A stretch of 64,000 nt of DNA from NCBI GenBank assembly GCA_029856145.1, contig JAHQWK010000008.1, forward strand, positions 32,001 through 96,000, read 5' to 3'. Positions 57,145 through 64,000 of this stretch are shown piece after piece. A model generated the notes under the pieces. That model had not been told where the DNA came from. It made no database searches and was given only the letters and a program-made list of their open reading frames with translations. Every line of letters begins with the position of its first letter. The first letter of the stretch is position 1. Position numbers and translations under genes: made by a program. This stretch comes from Promethearchaeia archaeon (lineage in GTDB: Archaea; Asgardarchaeota; Lokiarchaeia; Sigyniarchaeales; SOKP01).

Positions 57145-57783
57145 TTGATGGAGGAAAAATTTAAAAACTTCCTTGAGGAGGATGAAAAAATTTTATGGAT
57201 ACGAAAACAAAAAAAGAATTTATTGTTGATTATACCATTTGGTATTAAAGTAGGAATAATTTCTTCTTTCATTTTCTTAATTTTAATTTTGATAACAATA
57301 ATCTTAGAAACGATTTTAGGGATTGTAATTATTATATCAATTTTTGTGATTATAATTTGGTGGATAATCTTGTACATCAACCATCATATTAATAGAATGA
57401 AAAAAATATTACAATTATCTTCAAATGAATTAAGACAATATGATTTTATTGAAATTATTACGAGTAAGCGCTATATTCGGAAGAGTTATTTATTAAATTA
57501 TTTTAAAGATTTTTTAAAATATCCTAAAAATGTAATAGAACAAATTGGCGACATCGTATTTATAAAGCTAGATTTTATTGAAAAAGTTATTGTGGAATAT
57601 AAGTTTAGAAGGATAGGGTTATTTCTAAAAGGCTATAAACCAAAATTTTTTAATGATACAGATTTTTTCATAGAATTTACTGAAAACGACTTTGATGAGC
57701 TTTTAAAAATATTAATAAATACTCTAAATTTGGAAAAGAAAGAATCAAATCCCATTTTTGAGGAATATTTCAAAAAAAAGTAA
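57145..57783 (+). CDS. Membrane protein (LxxxEKILW + 2 TM + soluble domain), immunity-like
   Basis: FLEEDEKILW N-terminus, two TM helices, very AT-rich; GGAG upstream of ATG 57148. Confidence 0.8.
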   Translation: MMEEKFKNFLEEDEKILWIRKQKKNLLLIIPFGIKVGIISSFIFLILILITIILETILGIVIIISIFVIIIWWIILYINHHINRMKKILQLSSNELRQYDFIEIITSKRYIRKSYLLNYFKDFLKYPKNVIEQIGDIVFIKLDFIEKVIVEYKFRRIGLFLKGYKPKFFNDTDFFIEFTENDFDELLKILINTLNLEKKESNPIFEEYFKKK

Positions 57784-57787
57784 TATG

Positions 57788-58027
57788 TTATTGATTTGAA
57801 TAAGCTTCTTTTAATCCAATATATTTATTCCAGGAGTTAAAGAAAGCATGCATATATATATAAGAATTAATGAGTTCAATTACATAGGATTTTCCTTCAT
57901 CCGTTATTTCTATCGCATATCTTGGTCTAAAACGTTTATCCTTAAAATTTAATTTTTGTAGGATAAAAATATGACCACATTTATCACACAAATCAGGCAA
58001 ATGACAAAAGGGATTTAGCTGTTTCAA
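57788..58027 (-). CDS. Doubtful ORF or remnant, wHTH-wing-like motif
   Basis: YAIEITDEGKSYV resembles the PadR/MarR wing; TTG start, no SD. Confidence 0.3.
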   Translation of the reverse strand: MKQLNPFCHLPDLCDKCGHIFILQKLNFKDKRFRPRYAIEITDEGKSYVIELINSYIYMHAFFNSWNKYIGLKEAYSNQ

Positions 58028-58126
58028 AATATCAAATGAATTTACAAGAGCTCCATGGCACAGGATATTATAGTTCTAAACGAAATAGTTAATAGAAAAT
58101 TCAATACAGATTAGGAGGTAACTAAA

Positions 58127-58225
58127 ATGTTTAAAAGAAATAAAGGATTTAGGATCTCTGAATTTCTTATCCAAAATATTACTATTAATAAAATTATTCA
58201 AAATTTGCTTAACGACAATAACTAG
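58127..58225 (+). CDS. Small ORF (32 aa) with strong SD, or truncated gene
   Basis: AGGAGGT 7 nt before ATG; MFKRNKGFRISEFLIQNITINKIIQNLLNDNN*. Confidence 0.35.
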   Translation: MFKRNKGFRISEFLIQNITINKIIQNLLNDNN

Positions 58226-58244
58226 ATCCATAGAACATATTATT

Positions 58245-58925
58245 ATGAAATTTACAATTTATAGGAATTATAATTTTGGAAGATTGCTCTTAACTGAGGA
58301 TATTGATATAGAATGTGAAGGAGAAGGGACAGAGGAAGATCCACTTATAATTATACCCTCAGAGAAAATCCCTACAAATTTCTTTCTAAAAAACTCCAAA
58401 ATTCGAGTAATTTTAAAAAATTTTAATACACACAATATCAGTTTAATTTCTTGTTTGAATGTAACGATTGAAAAATGTAAATTAAATAAATTTTTTATAT
58501 TAGAAAGTCATGACATTGAAATTAAAAGTACATCCTGTCATTATTTAAAAATATTAAAATCCTCGTATATTAATATTGAAAATTCCTTTTTTGAGAGGGT
58601 AAAAGTGAAGAATTCAATAAATAAAATATTATTAAGAGATTGTACTATTAATCGAATTAAAAGAAACCATTTTAATAATATTCAATTTGATAAATGTAAA
58701 ATTTTAAATCCATATTCGTTTAAATCAATAAATTTTCTATTAAAAGACAATAAAAGAGCAATACTTATAGTTGCAGTTATTACTATTATTATAATAGTAG
58801 GAGTAATTTTAGCACTATATAACTTTGTATTATTATTAATATTTATCCCAGTTTTAATATTCATTAAATGGTATTTTAGTTTTAAGGAAGAAAGAGAAGT
58901 GAGAAAAAGAAAAAAGTTAGAATAA
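58245..58925 (+). CDS. Beta-helix protein with C-terminal TM hairpin, paralog of 54362..55339
   Basis: IECEGEGTEEDPLII + beta-helix repeats + hydrophobic tail + basic end. Confidence 0.8.
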   Translation: MKFTIYRNYNFGRLLLTEDIDIECEGEGTEEDPLIIIPSEKIPTNFFLKNSKIRVILKNFNTHNISLISCLNVTIEKCKLNKFFILESHDIEIKSTSCHYLKILKSSYINIENSFFERVKVKNSINKILLRDCTINRIKRNHFNNIQFDKCKILNPYSFKSINFLLKDNKRAILIVAVITIIIIVGVILALYNFVLLLIFIPVLIFIKWYFSFKEEREVRKRKKLE

Positions 58926-59291
58926 TATATATTGTAAGAAAAAATTCATTAATGTAACTTTAAATATTCTTAATTATAGAAACAAAAAGCTAGAGATGTA
59001 ATCGCGGGGGGGCTAATTTTAATGTTTTTAGCATCTGGTTTTAGCTTCTTTTGTGCTTTCTCTCCTATATTTCGACGTATAGTAGAATGATGTAGAAAAT
59101 TATATTTTTAATTTTTAATTCTTTATTATATAAAGAATCCGAAAATATACGCAAAGGTAAATTAATAAATGGAGCTACTCCACGAGTTTATAAATTAACC
59201 AATTTAGAATTACGGAAAGATAATTTACTAGATCAAGATTTTTGATTGTAAATAAAAGATAAGATATAAAAAAAGAAATATTATTATTAGT

Positions 59292-59528
59292 TTAATGATG
59301 AATAGGGCGTCCTTTCTTATGGATAGATTTACCTACTACAGCTTCACTACCTTCGAGTACCATTTCTGAAATTGTAGGGTGGCTATGGATGGTCTCTCCA
59401 ATATCATGAATGGTTAACCCATGTTGCATTGCTAGTGCTATTTCAGCTATCAATTCGGGGGCTTCAGTTCCAATACAGGAAGCACCGAGAATTTTATGTG
59501 TAGTTTTATCAGCAAGAACCATAAAGAA
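59292..59528 (-). pseudogene. Duplicated 3' end of lpdA (copy 2)
   Basis: FFMVLADKTTHKILGASCIG...HSHPTISEM...GRPIHH* aligns to the last ~78 aa of 61517..62998. Confidence 0.93.
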
Positions 59529-59695
59529 CAAATATCAGATTTCAAAATTCAAGGCCTTCAAACTTTTCAATAGGATTTGAAATCAAATTTCCCCTTAAAT
59601 TTAGTCTTTTTAAATTTATATTTGAATCAACGCTTTTATCTTTGAAATCTCATTTCAATTATATTAACAATTAATATGATAAAAAAGAAAAAAAG

Positions 59696-60244
59696 TTAAA
59701 AATTTATTACTTCCGGATTGCTTTTAAAGAATTTTTTAAAAGATTTTCCATTCGTAACATACATTCCAGAAAGTTTTTCTCCAATTAATTTTCTTGATTC
59801 GGGTAATTTCTTTTTAATAGCAGCAGGTATACCTACTGCCAAAGATCTACGTGGAAGTTCTTGATTTATTAAAACAGCTCCAGCAGCAATTTGAGATCCT
59901 TCTTCAACTTTAGTTCTATGTAAAACATTAGATCCAATGCCTATTACACACCCATTTTCTATTGTACAAGGGCCGTGTATCATTGCATGGTGTCCTATTA
60001 TACAATTATCGCCAATGTCAACAAAAGAACCTACCTCCATATGAATAGTAACATTTTCTTGAATGCTGGTGTTTTTTCCAATTTTAATAGGACCGAAATC
60101 TCCACGTAAAACTACTCCAAACCAAATATTACTTCCCTCGTCAATTGAGACATCTCCAACTATTACAGCAGTAGGAGCAATATAAACAGATTCATGTATT
60201 TGGGGTTTTTTTCCTGTTCTCGGACTTGCCATAATTATTGGCAA
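59696..60244 (-). CDS. Gamma carbonic anhydrase family (YrdA/PaaY-like hexapeptide repeat protein)
   Basis: IAPTAVIVGDV, IWFGVVLRGD, IQENVTIH, IGHHAMIHGPC; GGTGA SD upstream. Confidence 0.92.
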   Translation of the reverse strand: MPIIMASPRTGKKPQIHESVYIAPTAVIVGDVSIDEGSNIWFGVVLRGDFGPIKIGKNTSIQENVTIHMEVGSFVDIGDNCIIGHHAMIHGPCTIENGCVIGIGSNVLHRTKVEEGSQIAAGAVLINQELPRRSLAVGIPAAIKKKLPESRKLIGEKLSGMYVTNGKSFKKFFKSNPEVINF

Positions 60245-60330
60245 AATTAATCACCTTAAACAATTTACTAAATTATTAAAAATTAGAACGCTCTTTTATT
60301 GATAAAAATACGTAGTGATATTTAACATTA

Positions 60331-60582
60331 TTGTCAAAGGTCAACAATATTAATCAGAAAGATTTTCCTGCAAACACTACATTTATCTCTAACGGAACAA
60401 TTAATGTAGATTTATGGAATAATGCCTTAGAGGGATTAATAACTATTGTCTTCTATGCAAATGATACATCAGGGAATATTGGATCTGCATCCGTTCTTAT
60501 AACAAAGAAGATTCCCTCTAAAGCAATAATTCTAGGATAAAACACATTTTGGATGATTGGAGCGATTTTTGGAGGGGTGTAG
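60331..60582 (+). pseudogene. C-terminal remnant of a Loki-CTERM surface protein
   Basis: ITIVFYANDTSGNIG Ig-like strand, then I-L-G-stop-NTFWMIGAIFGGV: a degraded IPGY-type sorting signal. Confidence 0.6.
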
Positions 60583-60750
60583 CTCTGATAAGAAAGTTTA
60601 AAGAAAAAGCAAAAAATTAATCTTTCTTAAATATAATTTGAAATAATAAGAAATATACCAATTTAGGATTACAGAAAGGTAAATTACTAGATCAAGATTT
60701 TAGATTGAGCACAAAAGATAAGATATGAAAAAAGAAATATTATTTTTAGT

Positions 60751-60987
60751 TTATTGATGAATAGGACGTCCTTTTTTGTGTATAGCTTTTCCTACAACCG
60801 ATTCTGCTGCTTCAAGTACCATCTCCGAAATGGTCGGATGAGAGTGAATTGTCTCTGCAATGTCATGTATCGTTAACCCATGTTGCATTGCTAATGCTAT
60901 TTCAGCTATCAATTCGGGGGCTTCAGTTCCAATACAAGATGCTCCTAAGATTTTATGGGAGCTTTTATCAGCTAAAATCATTAAGAA
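60751..60987 (-). pseudogene. Duplicated 3' end of lpdA (copy 1)
   Basis: FLMILADKSSHKILGASCIG...GRPIHQ*; same 5' breakpoint as copy 2. Confidence 0.93.
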
Positions 60988-60989
60988 AC

Positions 60990-61019
60990 GTTCTTAATGA
61001 ATATTTAGCAAATGCGTAA
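60990..61019 (+). pseudogene. 3' remnant of the 88-aa gene (inverted)
   Basis: GTT CTT AAT GAA TAT TTA GCA AAT GCG TAA = VLNEYLANA*, identical in protein to the end of 53425..53691. Confidence 0.85.
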
Positions 61020-61072
61020 GAATCCTTTTTTCTGATTTTACATTTTCTCTTAAATTTAATTTAATGCCCTAA

Positions 61073-61176
61073 ACTGAACACACAATTCTATCATCAGTTC
61101 CCTGATTCATTCCTTTGAATACTCACCTCACACACTCATTTTATTCAAGGGTTTGCCGGGGAACTGACCCTTTTAC
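61073..61176 (-). repeat. Structured dispersed repeat, full copy, inverted
   Basis: Reverse complement of the 53275 copy; its GTAAAAGGG end overlaps the TAA of 61173..61409. Confidence 0.95.
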
Positions 61177-61409
61177 CTTAATTTGTAAAATCTTTTACCA
61201 TCTTTAATTTCCGTTTCGACTAAACCCTGTTTTTCTAACATCCTTAATTTAAAATTCACATAATAGTAATCCATGGTATCTTTAGCTTCTTTTAGGTTAA
61301 ATATAATATCGTTTACACTTTGAAATTCCCTAGTTAAAGATTTTAAAATAATTTCTTCTGTAACTATTTCTATATCAGATTCTTGGTGAAGATTTTTAAC
61401 TTTCTTCAT
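61173..61409 (-). CDS. Small winged-helix-like protein
   Basis: ILKSL...SVNDII...KLRMLEKQGLVETEIKDGKRFYKL wing motif. Confidence 0.7.
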   Translation of the reverse strand: MKKVKNLHQESDIEIVTEEIILKSLTREFQSVNDIIFNLKEAKDTMDYYYVNFKLRMLEKQGLVETEIKDGKRFYKLR

Positions 61410-61516
61410 ACAAATAGTAATTAACGATTTCTTTCTTTTATTAAATTTTGATTCCTTTTAATTATTTTTCAACTTTTTGTTCTTAATAAGTAAAATATAA
61501 ATTAAAAAAATAGGCT

Positions 61517-62998
61517 TTAATGATGAATAGGGCGTCCTTTCTTATGGATAGATTTGCCGACTACGGCTTCACAACCTTCCAGTACTAATTCTGAAATTGT
61601 GGGATGACTGTGAATCGTTTCTGTTACCTCGTGAATGGTTAGACCATGTTTCATCGCTAAAGCTATTTCTGCTATTAATTCGGAGGCTTCAGCTCCGATA
61701 CAAGATGCACCGAGAATTTTATGTGTAGTTTTATCAGCCAGTACCATAATGAAACCTTCTTCTTCTCCCATACATTTAGCTTTACTGAGTGATTGATATG
61801 GAAATTGTCCCATTAACACATCAAAACCCAGATTCTTTGCTATCTTCCTTCTATATCCAACAGAACCGATATTAGGAGAAGTAAAAATGGTTGCTGGTAC
61901 GACAGTATAATCTGTTTTCATTTCTTCTGAAGGAAAACCTCCAATACTTGTTAAGGAATTAGCTACCGCAACATCTGCTTCGTGATAAGCAACATGAGCA
62001 AGCATAATTCCACCCGTCACATCACCTATTGCGTATACTCCCTTCACTGCGGTTTCTAAAGTTTTCGGATTTACTTTAATAGCTCCTCTTTCTGTTTCAA
62101 TACCTACCACCTCAAGTCCTATATTTTTGGATTCTTTTGCACGTCCTATTGATACTAAGCACAAATCTGCTTCAAATATATCTTTTTCAGCATTTTCTGT
62201 TTGATCACGAGGAACATCAGCGGAACAAGTTGTCGCCTTTACACCATTTCCTGTATTTTCTACAGATAGCACGTTTTTTGCTGTATGAATATCTATGCCA
62301 AGATTTTCAAATTTTTTTTGAAGTACTTTAACAATCATTGGTTCTTCAGTAGCAATAGGAGAGGAAAGATATTCTAACATAGTAACCTTACTTCCAAAAG
62401 TTGCAAAGATATTAGCAAATTCACAACCTATAACTCCAGCACCTATAATTAATAATCGTTTTGGAATTATCTTAAAATTAGGATCTAGAATATCGTCACT
62501 CGTTAAAATTCTTTCATGATCGATATTGAAAGCAGGAATTAAAGCTGGAGATGATCCAGTAGCAATAATTATTCTTTTTGCTTTAATAGTTGTATTTTTT
62601 TCACCTTCAATTGAGATTTCGAATCCAGTATCAATATTTCCTCCGATTATCTTCCCAAATCCATTATAAATATCGTTTTTCCAACCCTTCTCTAAAGCTT
62701 CAATTCCATCTACTAATTCTTTTACCACCTGATTTTTCCGTTCTACAGCTTTAGAAAAAGAGAGTTTGAAATCAGAAACTTCTATTCCAAATTCATCAGC
62801 TTCTTTAATTTTTTCGATTAAATGAGAAGATGCATATAAAGCTTTTGTAGGAATACAACCTCTATTAAGACATGTACCTCCCAGTTTATCTTTTTCAATT
62901 AAAGCAACTTTTGCACCGTATTGTGCCGCTCTAATAGCTGAATGATAGCCTCCAGGCCCTGCTCCGATAATAGCTAAATCATATTGGTTTTCACTCAT
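61517..62998 (-). CDS. lpdA: Dihydrolipoamide dehydrogenase
   Basis: GAGPGGY, GGTCLNRGCIPTK, ATGS, GAGVIGCE, AIGDV, MLAH, HSHPTISE. Confidence 0.97.
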   Translation of the reverse strand: MSENQYDLAIIGAGPGGYHSAIRAAQYGAKVALIEKDKLGGTCLNRGCIPTKALYASSHLIEKIKEADEFGIEVSDFKLSFSKAVERKNQVVKELVDGIEALEKGWKNDIYNGFGKIIGGNIDTGFEISIEGEKNTTIKAKRIIIATGSSPALIPAFNIDHERILTSDDILDPNFKIIPKRLLIIGAGVIGCEFANIFATFGSKVTMLEYLSSPIATEEPMIVKVLQKKFENLGIDIHTAKNVLSVENTGNGVKATTCSADVPRDQTENAEKDIFEADLCLVSIGRAKESKNIGLEVVGIETERGAIKVNPKTLETAVKGVYAIGDVTGGIMLAHVAYHEADVAVANSLTSIGGFPSEEMKTDYTVVPATIFTSPNIGSVGYRRKIAKNLGFDVLMGQFPYQSLSKAKCMGEEEGFIMVLADKTTHKILGASCIGAEASELIAEIALAMKHGLTIHEVTETIHSHPTISELVLEGCEAVVGKSIHKKGRPIHH

Positions 62999-63388
62999 TT
63001 TTTCATCATATCATATTTATTAAATTAGGTTCAGAAATAAAATTTTTAACGTTAATATTTAATTTAAATTCTTCTGTGATAGTAAAAATCTTCAAAATAT
63101 TAATTATTTTTTAAAAAAGAAACAATAGACTTATCGATATTAGTCATAAAAATGATTGTAAAACGTACATGATCTCATTAGATCTTTAACATATTATTAT
63201 GAAAAAGGGGAATATACATAAAAAAAGGCACTAATATTATGAAAACACTGTAATTAATTATAAATAGTAAAAAGATTTGTTCCTCTGCTCTTTTGATGTA
63301 TGAATTAATAAACAAGTTATCATATTTTACTAGTAGAGCAAATAAAGTTTTATTGAATTTTTATCAAATTACTCAAAATTTCAAAATT

Positions 63389-63808
63389 ATGGATATAATT
63401 GATCAGAAAATATTAGAACTACTTAAAGAAAATAGTAGAATCTCATTCAATAAGATATCTGAAAATATAAATAAAACAGAAGCAACTGTTAGAAGAAGAG
63501 TAAAAAGACTGAAAGACGAAGGAATAATACAAAAATTTACTATTGATTATGATATCGATACTGGACAAAAAATTTATGCAACTATAAAAATTGAGCCTGA
63601 CTTTAAGGACGTTAAACGAATATTGAAAGAATTACTCAGCATTGAAGAAGTTTCTAATATATGGCGTTTATCAGGTGATTGTGGTTTACTTTTGAAGGTG
63701 GATCTTGACTCAATTGAAAAATTTAACCCTTTGATTGAGGATAAAATATCACAAATTACTGGAATAAAGATTATCGAAACTTGCTTCATCACTGATGTTA
63801 TTAAGTAA
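63389..63808 (+). CDS. Lrp/AsnC family transcriptional regulator
   Basis: MDIIDQKILELLKENSRIS...EATVRRRVKRLKDEGII; RAM domain LSGDCGLL. True start likely ATG 63389, not 63293. Confidence 0.93.
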   Translation: MDIIDQKILELLKENSRISFNKISENINKTEATVRRRVKRLKDEGIIQKFTIDYDIDTGQKIYATIKIEPDFKDVKRILKELLSIEEVSNIWRLSGDCGLLLKVDLDSIEKFNPLIEDKISQITGIKIIETCFITDVIK

Positions 63809-64000
63809 TGTTTATTTAAGCTTTTTTTAAGTCTTATAAATTATTATCATTAAAAATCTAATTTTCTCTATATAAATTTCAATCAATTTTTAATAAAATG
63901 AAGTAGAAACAGTATGATGTACAGAAAGAACGCAAAAAATAAATAACATAAATAATAAATCTTAAATCAATTTAGTAAAAAAAAAAGTATTTAAAGATTA

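Noticed and set aside
59292-60987. lpdA fragments as assembly artefact or DGR template repeats
   Set aside because: Copies differ at many synonymous sites, which argues against a collapsed or duplicated assembly; changes are not adenine-specific and no reverse transcriptase is present.
43871-61176. Repeat as a CRISPR array
   Set aside because: Units are ~105 bp, separated by kb-scale genes rather than 30-45-bp spacers; no cas genes.
43871-61176. Repeat as canonical integron attC
   Set aside because: Only a partial RYYYAAC (ACTGAAC) and no matching GTTRRRY end; no IntI in the window. Kept only as an analogy.

Overview
AT-rich chromosomal segment of an Asgard archaeon, most likely Lokiarchaeia. 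The assignment rests on a eukaryote-like Lokiactin, Loki-CTERM-type surface proteins, SDS22-like LRR proteins and an Hdr/Flx operon. (1) 1-25458: the 3' part of a giant gene that is already open at base 1 (at least 8485 aa). It has an acidic, lectin/Ig-like extracellular body, DxDxDG motifs, hydrophobic helices and a basic C-terminal domain with an HNH-like motif, followed by a small Zn-finger gene; this resembles a polymorphic toxin. (2) 26273-28849: actin and a divergent hypothetical gene. (3) 29124-42989: a 12-gene minus-strand hdrC-hdrB-frhB-hdrA(split)-mvhD-hdrA-mvhD-flx-like-frhB electron-bifurcation operon. (4) About 43800-61500: an accessory region with no integrase or transposase. It is punctuated by a ~105-bp structured repeat (5 full copies, 3 truncated) between gene blocks (ferredoxin/Mo-oxidoreductase, surface protein, DprA+PRTase, two LRR paralogs, an 88-aa gene). 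It also contains many orphan 3' gene ends: two extra lpdA 3' ends, three extra 3' ends of the 88-aa gene, toxin-tip-like remnants next to immunity-like genes, and a Loki-CTERM remnant. (5) lpdA and an Lrp/AsnC regulator. The best candidates for undescribed systems are the hairpin-delimited cassette array with 3'-end-duplicating insertions and an Asgard giant-protein polymorphic toxin/orphan-cassette system. All homology calls come from motif recognition by eye; no searches were run.
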